Source: a virus (Duplodnaviria; Caudoviricetes). Taken from it: a DNA stretch of 32,771 bases. The stretch lies in IMG/VR virus record IMGVR_UViG_3300020393_000015, positions 1 through 32,771 of that record; one strand, written 5' to 3'. The position numbers and the translations under genes were made by a program. Shown one piece after another: positions 8,523 to 18,461 of this stretch (positions are counted from its first letter, which is position 1; every line of letters starts with the position of its first letter). Under the pieces are notes generated by a model. It was not told the origin of the DNA and made no database searches. It saw only the letters and a list, made by a program, of their open reading frames with translations.

Positions 8523-9079
8523 TGTTTTTCTGTTTCTGATAAAAAAGGTATTTTGTGCTGTGGATCATATATTAACACTTGGCAACAATTAAATTTTGTG
8601 CTGTCGCATATCCAATATCTTTTGTCAGATATTGCCAGTTCATAATTGTAATCTTGATTAAATTTCTTTATCCAATAGTCTAAAAATCTTTTGTTCTTTT
8701 GTCTACTTGCAAAATAAAAGTTGTAATTAATATTTTGTTTCAAATATTTAATTTGATCATCTAACATTATTTGAGCAATATTATGACCTTCTCCATGATG
8801 TGTTTTGGTCATTGTGTCTCTATAATCTTTCACAACAGCATACCTATTCAAAAGTCTATACACACCATTGGGCCATATAGGTTTATGAATAATGCTGGAT
8901 ATTACTTTTACTTCATCTCCTTCCAAGCCTACTGACAGAGCAGACTGTTCAGCAAAGTTAAAATTGACATAGTTTTTCCATAACAAATCCGTCTTGTTAG
9001 TTACAATTTGTTGTAAAACTTCTTTGTACTGATCAATGTATTTGAAGTTATCCGGAGTATTAGTGTATATCTTGAGCAT
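8519..9079 (-). CDS. Hypothetical protein, possible GNAT-like fold
   Basis: YRLLNRYAVVKDYR resembles the GNAT beta4/motif A; weak support. Confidence 0.4.
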   Translation of the reverse strand: MLKIYTNTPDNFKYIDQYKEVLQQIVTNKTDLLWKNYVNFNFAEQSALSVGLEGDEVKVISSIIHKPIWPNGVYRLLNRYAVVKDYRDTMTKTHHGEGHNIAQIMLDDQIKYLKQNINYNFYFASRQKNKRFLDYWIKKFNQDYNYELAISDKRYWICDSTKFNCCQVLIYDPQHKIPFLSETEKQ

Positions 9080-9860
9080 TCAAATATTCGCTTTTTTCGT
9101 TTACTACCTTTTCTCTAAAAGGCTTTTTGAAAAATCCTTGGAATATAATTTTGTATTGTGGCTCCCTATTCATGTTTACCACCCAATGATCCTTGCCTGT
9201 ATTTGTCCACATTAAACAGCCGTCATGCGAAGGCATAATTTTTTTGTTAAACACAGCATGGCAATAATCAACATCATTCAAACAAAGGTTAAACACATTA
9301 CACATATCATAGGCAAATAATTTTTCGCCAGTGTTTAGAGGTTTAGCACCATCGGGTATATCATTGTGTTGTGATATTATGCCTCCTGGTTCTAGTTGTG
9401 TAACAAAAATGTATGCAACACCTATGTAAGGAAATATCTTTTCTTCAAAAAAAGTTTTTAATGTTGGACTGAACTTTGCAATATCTGTCCACGTTCTTAC
9501 TTTGTTAACATACTTTAATCTTTTTTTATATTCCCATTGATTCTGATACATGGCGTCAAATGTTAATATTTGATTATCACTTATTCCCGTATCATTAAGG
9601 AACATTACACTTTTCCAACCTTTAGCAGGAATTTTTTCGGATCCTTTTTCTGTGCCAGGCAAATTTATATTTGATTGAGTATTGTTGTATCCTTTACCTT
9701 TTTCTTTGTCTCCACCGTCAAATGGTTTAGCCCACAGATTATCTGGAATTGCTTTGACATCGTCTAGTATTTGTGTTAGAGGCCAACTCCAAAAGTCGGA
9801 CAAGTCTACCCAATCATTGTTGGTCGCTATATTGTAAAAGTCTTTATTTAATTTTCTCAT
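9060..9860 (-). CDS. Aspartyl/asparaginyl beta-hydroxylase-family 2OG-Fe(II) oxygenase
   Basis: GWKSV, LEPGGIISQHND (HxD), NTGKDHWVVN...QYKIIFQG, typical of the AspH/LpxO family. Confidence 0.8.
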   Translation of the reverse strand: MRKLNKDFYNIATNNDWVDLSDFWSWPLTQILDDVKAIPDNLWAKPFDGGDKEKGKGYNNTQSNINLPGTEKGSEKIPAKGWKSVMFLNDTGISDNQILTFDAMYQNQWEYKKRLKYVNKVRTWTDIAKFSPTLKTFFEEKIFPYIGVAYIFVTQLEPGGIISQHNDIPDGAKPLNTGEKLFAYDMCNVFNLCLNDVDYCHAVFNKKIMPSHDGCLMWTNTGKDHWVVNMNREPQYKIIFQGFFKKPFREKVVNEKSEYLNAQDIH

Positions 9861-10638
9861 TTATCCATTCATCATACAACGGCACTTTAACGCCATCTTT
9901 TAAACCAAACCATAAACTTTTAGTTGTTTCTACTCCTATTCGTTTACAGATAGCATCTGCTGTATTTCTATATTTATCGTAGAAATAAGAGGGCGAAAAC
10001 TTCATCAAATGCTGAATTAAATCTATACCTGCAAGATTCACATAACCTTGCTTTTTAAACATATCAAAAGTTTTGATTGGCTTTTTAGAAAAAAGGATGC
10101 CTATTCTATGATACTGGATGCCAAACATTTTACTGAAACTAAAAGAAACATATTCTGTTTTACCAACATCATAAGTTTTTTGTAATCCCGAACCACCTGC
10201 CCATGCCAAATCTATAAATGACTTTTCTTGCAGTGTTTCTATAGTATCAGGATGTTCATCGGCTGTGTTGTAGTAAGGTAAACTTAAAAACTTTGTTCTA
10301 TTACGTAAAGTTATTAAGGAATCTTTGAAGGCAATTGCTTGGCACATATAACCTGGATAGTCATCTTTGTTTACAATGGGTCTTAAATTATGTTCCAACA
10401 TACACACAGTGATTGCTTCAGACACGCCATTTGTGATATACACATATCCAAAGTCTTTTAACCCTTTGAATTTAATATGCCCTTGGTTAATCCAAGGCAC
10501 AAAGTCTTCTATAAATCTATCTTGTATTTTAAACCTATTTTTTATAAGGTTATCATGATTGTACACATTGGCATAATAATCCTTTATTGCTTCAGTAATC
10601 TCAGGAAACTGTATTGTGTATGACGGATTTAGATACAT
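9844..10638 (-). CDS. Compact PLP-dependent enzyme, fold type I (class I/II aminotransferase-like)
   Basis: YITNGVSEAI, IDLAW (PLP Asp), FSFSKMFG..HRIG (PLP Lys motif); only 264 aa. Confidence 0.75.
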   Translation of the reverse strand: MYLNPSYTIQFPEITEAIKDYYANVYNHDNLIKNRFKIQDRFIEDFVPWINQGHIKFKGLKDFGYVYITNGVSEAITVCMLEHNLRPIVNKDDYPGYMCQAIAFKDSLITLRNRTKFLSLPYYNTADEHPDTIETLQEKSFIDLAWAGGSGLQKTYDVGKTEYVSFSFSKMFGIQYHRIGILFSKKPIKTFDMFKKQGYVNLAGIDLIQHLMKFSPSYFYDKYRNTADAICKRIGVETTKSLWFGLKDGVKVPLYDEWINEKIK

Positions 10639-11720
10639 TCTTTAATCGCCTCCTCAAATTTATCATGCTCTTTAAAAATAAAAGGCAAACAAAATACAGC
10701 GGTTGATACATTTTCAGAACCATCTTCTAAAATATAACCTTTTTCTCTCATCTTCTTTATGAAAGTTAAAGACTGTTTAGGAGTAGCAAAGTCTATGGCT
10801 CCCATGCAACCTTGTTGTCTTGTAACTCCATTTATTTGCACATGGTTTAATTCTAATTTTTCTACTTCTTTAATAGTTTCCAATCCTGCGGCACAACCAA
10901 CTGGATGTCCTGAAAAAGTAAAACCATGGTTAAACATTTTCAAAGTCTTTGCAATTCTTTCATTGATTAGACACGCACCCATGGGAAAATAACCATTTGT
11001 AATTCCTTTCCCTAAAACTATGATATCAGGCTGAAAGTTAAATTTTTCAAACGCAAACATTGTGCCTAGTTTCCCAAAGCCAGTAACAGTCTCGTCAAAT
11101 ATTACAATGCCATCGTTGGCTTGATATTCTTTTAGCACTTGCCACACATCATCATCCCAACTGTAAACTCCACCTGCACCCACAACAGGTTCAATAATTG
11201 TAAATGTATTTGGCGTACACAATTTTCTTAATTCATCTGCATTACTAAATTTACGCACTTCAATAGGATCTTTTATGTTCCAAAATTCATTAATGCGTTG
11301 ATCACTTACATTTGCACTTAAAATTGTTGATCCATGATAACTGTGTTTTGCACAGTTCACCACAGTTCTTCCTGTGACCTTTATAGCAGTTTCCACAGCG
11401 GCACTACCACTATTTGTAAAGTATACCCTATCCATGGAAGTTTTTTTACAAAGTGCATTGGCATACTTCTCTGTTGTCTCACTTTGATATCCTGAAAAGT
11501 TACTAGCATAAGGCAATTTGTTCAATTGATTTATCATTGCCTGTTTTATATTGTCGTTCGAATATCCTAGTGTTACATTCCACAAACCAGACATTGTGTC
11601 TTTGTAAATTTTACCATCTTTCATCAATAGTTCATCATACTTGGCTGACACAACTTGTTCTGCGCCAACGTGCATTTTGCTAAAACTTAAGATTTCTTTT
11701 GGCGCCATAATAATATCCAT
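10629..11720 (-). CDS. Class III PLP aminotransferase (BioA / omega-amino acid transaminase-like)
   Basis: DTMSGLWNVTLGY, FTNSGSAAVETAIK, SYHGST, FDETVTGFGKLG, PDIIVLGKGITNGYFPMGA, HGFTFSGHPVGCA; start may be 11708. Confidence 0.9.
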   Translation of the reverse strand: MDIIMAPKEILSFSKMHVGAEQVVSAKYDELLMKDGKIYKDTMSGLWNVTLGYSNDNIKQAMINQLNKLPYASNFSGYQSETTEKYANALCKKTSMDRVYFTNSGSAAVETAIKVTGRTVVNCAKHSYHGSTILSANVSDQRINEFWNIKDPIEVRKFSNADELRKLCTPNTFTIIEPVVGAGGVYSWDDDVWQVLKEYQANDGIVIFDETVTGFGKLGTMFAFEKFNFQPDIIVLGKGITNGYFPMGACLINERIAKTLKMFNHGFTFSGHPVGCAAGLETIKEVEKLELNHVQINGVTRQQGCMGAIDFATPKQSLTFIKKMREKGYILEDGSENVSTAVFCLPFIFKEHDKFEEAIKECI

Positions 11721-12118
11721 TCTTCATTGTCTAACATTTTTCTATCTTTTTCAACAAAGCCAATGCGTTGATTAAACTTAAGATACTTTTCACTGCACAT
11801 AGACCAATTCTCTTTCCATTGGACTCGCTGTGAAAGATATCGCCCTAGTTTTAAACCTGCACCTGGCTGAGAAGAAATTAAATAACCATCATAAATTTCA
11901 TCACCTATTTGGTTGTACCAATACACCGCTACCAATTCGCTGTCATAATATCCAAGAAATGTGCCTGTGCCTTTATAAAATTTTTTTACATGGGGCCAAG
12001 TTTTGGATAGCAACAATAAATGTTTTTTCCAAACTCTAAATTCTTTGTGCCAACTGTGAATATTTTTTTGTTTGGAAATCCAGTTTTGAACTTCTGTTTC
12101 GGTGATGCATTTTATCAT
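11687..12118 (-). CDS. GNAT-like N-acyltransferase
   Basis: FLGYYDSELVAVYW, PGAGLKLG, LKFNQRIGFVE (motif B-like F..+GF); 143 aa. Confidence 0.55.
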   Translation of the reverse strand: MIKCITETEVQNWISKQKNIHSWHKEFRVWKKHLLLLSKTWPHVKKFYKGTGTFLGYYDSELVAVYWYNQIGDEIYDGYLISSQPGAGLKLGRYLSQRVQWKENWSMCSEKYLKFNQRIGFVEKDRKMLDNEEWILLWRQKKS

Positions 12119-12144
12119 TAAATTTTCTTACCAATTACGTAATC

Positions 12145-12158
12145 AATAAATACTTATG
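12145..12158. promoter_or_regulatory. Overlapping divergent late-promoter-like motifs (AATAAATA on +, CATAAGTA on -)
   Basis: aataaatacttatg in the divergent gap between modules A and B. Confidence 0.4.
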
Positions 12159-12191
12159 CTGTGCAAAAGCACGAATAAAGGAATATGAAGA

Positions 12192-12248
12192 ATGGATATA
12201 CTACCAAAAAAATTATTAATACTCCCTAAAAGCACAGAAATAAAATAA
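12192..12248 (+). CDS. Putative 18-aa peptide MDILPKKLLILPKSTEIK
   Basis: AAGGAA 8 nt upstream; its stop overlaps the next start (TAATG). Below the ORF-track cut-off. Confidence 0.3.
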   Translation: MDILPKKLLILPKSTEIK

Positions 12249-13108
12249 TGATAAACATAGTTGTATCAAGCAAACCAGTAGATGGTTTATACTATTACAG
12301 TTACGAATACTGTTCAATGTTGAATGAAAACAATATTGATGCTAGAGTGGTTGTGATATGCCATAGAAAATTTACACGTGATGATTACTTAAAAGTCATA
12401 CGAAACAAATACATTCATTGTAACAATATTGAGTTTGAAGATATCGAAGTAAATGAAAATGATATTTCATTTATATTAGGTAGAAGTATGCTGACACTTG
12501 CTTGGCAAGATTTTGATCAATACACAGAACAACAAAAAAATATTTTGTGTAAATTATTTGGTGGCAAACTGATTTCGGTATACTCAGAAAATCATCCAGC
12601 AAAATATCCTTTAGCAGTCGACTTTTTTAAACCAGCACACATTATAGATCTCTGTGATACAGAAGTGTATCTAAATGGTGTGGGAAAGCATTTTGAAAAA
12701 ACAATAAATTTTGATATCTATAAACCACACGTGGATAATATACAATTCAAGCATTTATTTTTAGGTACAAATGAAAGATATTACCAAACAGTGGAAAAAG
12801 TTATAAAAGACTATCCGGATCACGGCATATTGACTTATGAAGCAGACTATGTTAATATGGCAAACAACAACGTATTTGTACCTGTGGATAACATAATGAG
12901 TATGTTTGAAACGTATGTATACACTAAAGACACATTCGACCCTGCTCCTAGAATATTTCAAGAGTGCAAATACTTTGGTAAAGAAGTGATTTATCAAAGA
13001 GATAAATCAATTCATGATGGTGGCAGTGTTTATTGGAATAGAAAAATAACTAAACCAAACATAGCACCTATATTGGAGGCAATAGAAGAATTACATGATA
13101 CCATATGA
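12248..13108 (+). CDS. Glycosyltransferase-like protein (GT-B-type C-terminal motif)
   Basis: FETYVYTKDTFDPAPRIFQECKYFGKEVI resembles the GT4 nucleotide-sugar-binding signature (E/D-x7-E..G.pvi). Confidence 0.5.
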   Translation: MINIVVSSKPVDGLYYYSYEYCSMLNENNIDARVVVICHRKFTRDDYLKVIRNKYIHCNNIEFEDIEVNENDISFILGRSMLTLAWQDFDQYTEQQKNILCKLFGGKLISVYSENHPAKYPLAVDFFKPAHIIDLCDTEVYLNGVGKHFEKTINFDIYKPHVDNIQFKHLFLGTNERYYQTVEKVIKDYPDHGILTYEADYVNMANNNVFVPVDNIMSMFETYVYTKDTFDPAPRIFQECKYFGKEVIYQRDKSIHDGGSVYWNRKITKPNIAPILEAIEELHDTI

Positions 13109-14183
13109 AGGTTGGGATAGAGAATATCAACAAAACAAAGATGAATATCTTAAATTGTTTGATAATTTTATGTCGCAAAGCAATTATGAAAACTGTGAAC
13201 AGTTTGAACAAGACTTTGCACAACTTATAGGTAGAAAATACGCAGTCAGTGTTGCTAATGCCACTGACGCACTGCATTTTTCATTAAGAAGTAGAAACAT
13301 AGGTGTAGGGGATGAAGTTTTAGTTACAGACTTCAGTTGGATTTCAACATCATCTTGTATAAGCATGGTTGGGGCCACTCCTGTATTCTGTGATATCGAT
13401 GCAAACACTTGTCATATTTCTTTAGAAAGTATCAAACGTATGACAACGCCTAAAACAAAAGCCTTGATATACACACATCTATTTGGAAATATGAGCGATA
13501 CAAAACAAATCGAAGAGTTTTGTAAAGATAATGGAATTATGTTTATAGAAGATGCCGCTCAAAGTTTAGGTTCTAGTATTGATAACAAAAAGGCAGGTTC
13601 TATAGGTGATTGCAGTTCATTTAGTTTTAATACAAACAAAGTAATATCTGGCATAAATGGTGGTGGAGTATTCCTAACCGACAACCAAGAACTAGCAAAC
13701 ACAGTAAAAAAACTAAGAAGACATGGAAAAGACAAAGATTATGAAATGCTTGGATATAATTCGAGGCTGTATGTTCTAAACGCACAGATAATTCAACTAC
13801 GTTTAAAGAATTTAGAAAAGGATAGAAAGATAAGACAGCAAACTGCAATGATGTTTAACGATTCGTTTGCAGATTTGCCTATCACAACTCCAACAGTTGC
13901 GCCTAATGTTGAACACAACTGGCACAAATATACAATAAGATTTAAAGACAAGGAAACAAGAAACAAAATTAAAAATCAATTGAATTTGTCTGTGCATTAT
14001 GAAAGACCTTTATCAGAAAACTCAATGTACAATGCGTGGAGTATTGATTATAAAAAAGATGATTGTATTAATAGTAAAAAAGTGGCAGATACAATACTGT
14101 CTCTTCCTGTACACGCATATTTGACACTAGAGGAAAAAGAACAAATAATAGAAAAAATAAAACAAACAATTACAAATGGATAA
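13095..14183 (+). CDS. DegT/DnrJ/EryC1/StrS family nucleotide-sugar aminotransferase
   Basis: ANATDALH, GDEVLV, GATPVFCD, EDAAQSLG, FSFNTNK (PLP Lys), GYNSRL, LSLPVH. Confidence 0.92.
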   Translation: MIPYEGWDREYQQNKDEYLKLFDNFMSQSNYENCEQFEQDFAQLIGRKYAVSVANATDALHFSLRSRNIGVGDEVLVTDFSWISTSSCISMVGATPVFCDIDANTCHISLESIKRMTTPKTKALIYTHLFGNMSDTKQIEEFCKDNGIMFIEDAAQSLGSSIDNKKAGSIGDCSSFSFNTNKVISGINGGGVFLTDNQELANTVKKLRRHGKDKDYEMLGYNSRLYVLNAQIIQLRLKNLEKDRKIRQQTAMMFNDSFADLPITTPTVAPNVEHNWHKYTIRFKDKETRNKIKNQLNLSVHYERPLSENSMYNAWSIDYKKDDCINSKKVADTILSLPVHAYLTLEEKEQIIEKIKQTITNG

Positions 14184-15024
14184 AAAAATATTAACATTAA
14201 AAGACCTAAAAAGTTCTGATTATCTTTCAGTAGATTTTTATCTGTCTAAGTCTTGTAATAAATCATGTCACTATTGTACAGCATGGACTTTAGAAATGAG
14301 GAATCTACACGTGGATATGGACTTTTTAAGACGCACTGTAGAATATTTAAGTCCGTACAAAACACGTATCTGTTTGTTAGGCGGAGAACCAGGCCTTATT
14401 AAAAATTTAGATGAAGTAATTGCAGAAATTAAAAAACATCCAAACCTAGTGGTACAAGTGATGTCCAATTCTTTTGTAAGAAAAAGATATCCGCAAGTGC
14501 TAGAAGATCCTGAAATAATATACATAGAACATTTGGTGTTGGATTTTTATGAAGATAGAATTGAAAAATTAGGCAATTTTGACTTCCTGCCTGAAAATGA
14601 CAAAAACAATTATAATTTAATAATAGAAACTCCAGGCTACTTTAAGTATAAAGATCAGCACGACTTGTCTTACATTATGCACAAGAACACAGAATTTAAA
14701 GAGTATAATTCAAGATCACCTGACTACCACAGTGATCATTTTGTTGAACAAGCACCTGAATTGGATAGACGTATTTGTGCAAAATTTCCATTAGTGCCTG
14801 TAGTTGATTTTGAACTACAAAAAATAAGACATTGCAGTAGAAAGGTAATAGATGGTTCTAGACAGTTTGACGTAACAAAAGAAAATGTAGACAAAATGAT
14901 GACTTTTGATTTATTTCAATTTGAGAATTACTGTAGAACCTGCATGGACATTATTCCTAATAGACCAAAACAACGTAAATTACAAATATTAGAAAAAATT
15001 GCATTAGAGGAAAGTAATCCGTAA
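14176..15024 (+). CDS. Radical SAM protein
   Basis: CNKSCHYC (CxxxCxxC), LGGEP; further C-terminal Cys residues (ICAK, HCS, CRTC) suggest an auxiliary cluster. Confidence 0.88.
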   Translation: MDKKILTLKDLKSSDYLSVDFYLSKSCNKSCHYCTAWTLEMRNLHVDMDFLRRTVEYLSPYKTRICLLGGEPGLIKNLDEVIAEIKKHPNLVVQVMSNSFVRKRYPQVLEDPEIIYIEHLVLDFYEDRIEKLGNFDFLPENDKNNYNLIIETPGYFKYKDQHDLSYIMHKNTEFKEYNSRSPDYHSDHFVEQAPELDRRICAKFPLVPVVDFELQKIRHCSRKVIDGSRQFDVTKENVDKMMTFDLFQFENYCRTCMDIIPNRPKQRKLQILEKIALEESNP

Positions 15025-16535
15025 TGAGTATTTTTGCAGTTGCACTTAATATACACGACCACAACACTTATGATGGAGACGTGCATATACAAATTGAAAG
15101 ACATAATAGGAAAAGACACAATCTAAATCCTACAAATCCACACGATCCTATGCCTAGTAAAAAGTTTTTTAAAGAACACGTACTGGACGCTTTTAAAAAT
15201 AGAAGTAAAGAAAATGTGTTTGCATTCACTGTCAGCAATTTAGGTCAAGAATATGTGACAGACTTATTGAAAGAGCATTTTCCAAATAGAAATTTTTTAA
15301 AATTTAAGCCTTTGACATTATGGGAACATTACACAAAAGACGAACTGTATTACATAGACCATCATCAATCACACGCCGCATATGCCTTTTTAAGTTCAGG
15401 ATTTGACAAGAGTGATATTTTAGCAATAGATGGCAAAGGCTGGAAGTTTAGTTGTATATTTGTAAATCAATATGGACATATCACAGACTTTTCAGAAAAA
15501 ATTCCTGTAGGAGGCTTGTGGAATAGATTAGCACAGGATTTAGGATTTAGATATCTTGATGCAGGCAAAGTTATGGGCCTAGCAGGTTATGGCAAATACA
15601 ATTATCAAGCACACGCAATGATTGAAGCATATAGATTGAATGCCAATCACAAACTGCCTGATTGGGCATATGAAGTTATTAAAAAAATACCAAGAGAAGA
15701 TATTGCTTACACACTGCAACAAACCACTGTAGATTTAGTGAAAGAATATATCTTGCCTTTGAAGAGCAGTGATAATTTATGTCTAGCAGGCGGTGTTGCA
15801 TACAATGGATATATGAACGAAGAACTGACAAAACACTACAAAAAAGTCCATGTGCCACCAGCAGTGGGTGACGAAGGACAAGCATTAGGAACATATATGC
15901 ACGCCAATTTTGTTTTGAATCAACAAGTACACATACCAACTGTATTTGCAGGACCTGATCAAAAAGTACACGAGACAATGCTGTTGGATTTCAAAGGCGT
16001 TCAATATGCAAATGATGAATTGTATAATGAAGTTGCAACTGCAATTTCTAAAGGAAGTATTGTGGGTTGGTATCAAGGCAGATCCGAAAGTGGTAACAGA
16101 GCATTGGGAAATAGAAGCATATTGGCTGATCCAAGAAATCCTAAAATAAAAGATATCATTAACAAAACAATTAAAAAACGTGAGGACTTCAGACCATTTG
16201 CTCCTAGTGTGTTGGAAGAACACTATCAAGAATATTTTGATACTAATCAACCAAGTCCATACATGAGCAGAATTATGCCTGTGAAGTCTGATAAGATTCC
16301 AGGAGTCACACACGTGGATAATACTGCAAGAATACAAACTGTAAACAAAGAATTTAATTATAAATTTTATAAACTGATTGAAGCATTTTACAACATCACT
16401 GGAATACCTATGCTGTTAAATACTAGTTTTAATTGTCAAGAACCTATGGTGGAAACTCCGGAGGATGCTTTTAATACTTTTAATAAAACTGATTTAGATA
16501 TGTTGGTAATAAATGATTGGATAATGCGTAAATGA
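15024..16535 (+). CDS. O-carbamoyltransferase, NodU/CmcH/TobZ family
   Basis: DHHQSHAA, GKVMGLAGYG, AGGVAYN, RALGNRSILADP, KREDFRPFAPSV, HVDNTARIQTV, LLNTSFN. Confidence 0.93.
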   Translation: MSIFAVALNIHDHNTYDGDVHIQIERHNRKRHNLNPTNPHDPMPSKKFFKEHVLDAFKNRSKENVFAFTVSNLGQEYVTDLLKEHFPNRNFLKFKPLTLWEHYTKDELYYIDHHQSHAAYAFLSSGFDKSDILAIDGKGWKFSCIFVNQYGHITDFSEKIPVGGLWNRLAQDLGFRYLDAGKVMGLAGYGKYNYQAHAMIEAYRLNANHKLPDWAYEVIKKIPREDIAYTLQQTTVDLVKEYILPLKSSDNLCLAGGVAYNGYMNEELTKHYKKVHVPPAVGDEGQALGTYMHANFVLNQQVHIPTVFAGPDQKVHETMLLDFKGVQYANDELYNEVATAISKGSIVGWYQGRSESGNRALGNRSILADPRNPKIKDIINKTIKKREDFRPFAPSVLEEHYQEYFDTNQPSPYMSRIMPVKSDKIPGVTHVDNTARIQTVNKEFNYKFYKLIEAFYNITGIPMLLNTSFNCQEPMVETPEDAFNTFNKTDLDMLVINDWIMRK

Positions 16536-17773
16536 CAGAAGAAGAATTTTTAAAAAAATTAAAAGATAAAAAAATATGGTGGTGCCCTTTACCATGGACT
16601 CATATTTTTTCTAGCCTTAGTGGCAGGTTTGCACCTTGCTATGATGCACTAGCACCCACGGGTCATAATATGAAAAATACTAAAATAAGAGAATGGTACA
16701 CTTCAGATTATCAAAATAAATTAAGAGCAGAAATGCTGAAAGAAAACTATGATGGTAAGTTTTTTGATCATCATTGTACAGGGTGTAGAAAACACGAAAA
16801 ATTATATGGTCGTTCGGACAGACAAAAATATGTTGAGCAAGTCCTAGCAGGAACATTTGACAATAAGGTTCCTGAATTATTAAGAGCAGTTTTGAAGTTT
16901 CAGAAAGAAGGAAAGATTGACTTAGATGAAAGAATACTAGATATAAAAATGAAAATGTTTGGCAATGCTTGTAATTTAGATTGTTATATGTGTACACCTA
17001 GAAGTGCTAACACGAGAACTATATCTCTTAAAAAAATAGGAAAAGTTTTTGACCCTGATTTAGATCCTAAAGATGGCGAAAGAATGAACACAATGAAACA
17101 CGACGAAGATCAATATTTAGATGACGTGGCTTCTGTGGCAAAATATACAAGATCAATCAAACTTATCGGTGGGGAACCTTTAGTAATGAAAAATCATTAT
17201 AGATTATTAGACAAGTTAGTGCAGTCTGGTCACTCAAAAGGCATTGGTCTAATATACAAGACTAATCTATCAGTGTTTAAAATGGAAGGATACGATTTCA
17301 GAAATTACTTTGGAAAATTTAATGAGTTTGTAATGAAAATTTCTATTGATAGTTATGGAAAGTATAACGATTATATCAGAAAAAAATCTGACTGGCCACA
17401 ATTAATTGAAAATATGATGGTTATGAAATCAAGGAAAGATAGTAGAGTGAATGTACACAGTGTAGTTTCTTTTTTAAGTGTGATGCACATATGGAAACTA
17501 CAAGAATTTTTACAATCTTTAAACATTCCGCACACATATTATATTATTCAACATCCTGCTATACTACAGGTTAAGAACTTGCCATATGAAATTAAACAAA
17601 GTCTAATACCAAAGTACAAAAATTATCCGAACATTGTAAAAGCATTAGAGGCCGAACAAGACAAAACTGAATTTAAAAAGACAATAGAATACTGTCAAGC
17701 ATTGGATCGCAATCACAATAACTATAAATTATTTGAACTCTATCCAGAACTGGAAAAATACTACAATGAGTAA
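16532..17773 (+). CDS. Radical SAM protein with N-terminal twitch/SPASM-like Cys domain
   Basis: CPLPWTH...PC...CTGC N-terminus; GNACNLDCYMC; GGEPL; SIDSYG...YIR. Confidence 0.9.
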   Translation: MTEEEFLKKLKDKKIWWCPLPWTHIFSSLSGRFAPCYDALAPTGHNMKNTKIREWYTSDYQNKLRAEMLKENYDGKFFDHHCTGCRKHEKLYGRSDRQKYVEQVLAGTFDNKVPELLRAVLKFQKEGKIDLDERILDIKMKMFGNACNLDCYMCTPRSANTRTISLKKIGKVFDPDLDPKDGERMNTMKHDEDQYLDDVASVAKYTRSIKLIGGEPLVMKNHYRLLDKLVQSGHSKGIGLIYKTNLSVFKMEGYDFRNYFGKFNEFVMKISIDSYGKYNDYIRKKSDWPQLIENMMVMKSRKDSRVNVHSVVSFLSVMHIWKLQEFLQSLNIPHTYYIIQHPAILQVKNLPYEIKQSLIPKYKNYPNIVKALEAEQDKTEFKKTIEYCQALDRNHNNYKLFELYPELEKYYNE

Positions 17774-18461
17774 AACATTCGAAACACTTGAAAAAAGAGG
17801 TCACGTTAGAAGATACAGCGACAAAGTGCCTCCTAAAGAATTGATTGATAAAGCATTATGGCAGGCTTGGAAGACTTCTCCTTCAAAAAATAATGCAATG
17901 GCATACAAAGTTTTTGTGTTTGGTCCTGAACAAACAGCAATAAAAGAAAAAATATGGAATTTGTGTGTAAAAAATAATGCAAGGACTGAAAATGATGCAG
18001 TGGATCGAGGAGAGAATCATATTAGACGAGGCACACAGGCTAACCCTTACTATGAACACATAAGATTAAATCCATATTTGTTTGCTATACACAGCCAACC
18101 ACGGGAACCAAATGATTGGTATAAAGCCAGAGTAAAACAAGGTATGTTTTTTGATCAGGCTTGGCCTCATCACATTGACAAAATAGTTGATAGTGTCGCA
18201 ACGGAAGTTGGTTTATTCTGTGCTAACCTATCAATTTATTTGTTAGAAAAAAATATTGATGTATCTTACAACAACTGTTTCATTAGAGATTTCAAACAGT
18301 GGCAAGACATAGGATTGAATTACACAGACTATAGATGTATTTTTCTCATGTCCGCAGGATATGCCGGAGAATATAGAAGAGATAGTTTAAAAAAGACTTC
18401 GCCAGCATCATGGCACAAAGACGTGAAACCAGAATTTGAGGAAATTATAAAATGGATTTAA
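17766..18461 (+). CDS. Nitroreductase-family flavoprotein
   Basis: LEKRGHVRRYSDKVPP..LI..AL..A...SPSKNN FMN-binding N-terminus; ATG 17766 overlaps the upstream gene end and is preferred to 17733. Confidence 0.8.
   Translation: MSKTFETLEKRGHVRRYSDKVPPKELIDKALWQAWKTSPSKNNAMAYKVFVFGPEQTAIKEKIWNLCVKNNARTENDAVDRGENHIRRGTQANPYYEHIRLNPYLFAIHSQPREPNDWYKARVKQGMFFDQAWPHHIDKIVDSVATEVGLFCANLSIYLLEKNIDVSYNNCFIRDFKQWQDIGLNYTDYRCIFLMSAGYAGEYRRDSLKKTSPASWHKDVKPEFEEIIKWI

Noticed and set aside
10629-11720. Calling the class III aminotransferase bioA (biotin auxiliary metabolic gene)
   Set aside because: The family is clear but substrate specificity is not, and no other biotin genes are nearby.
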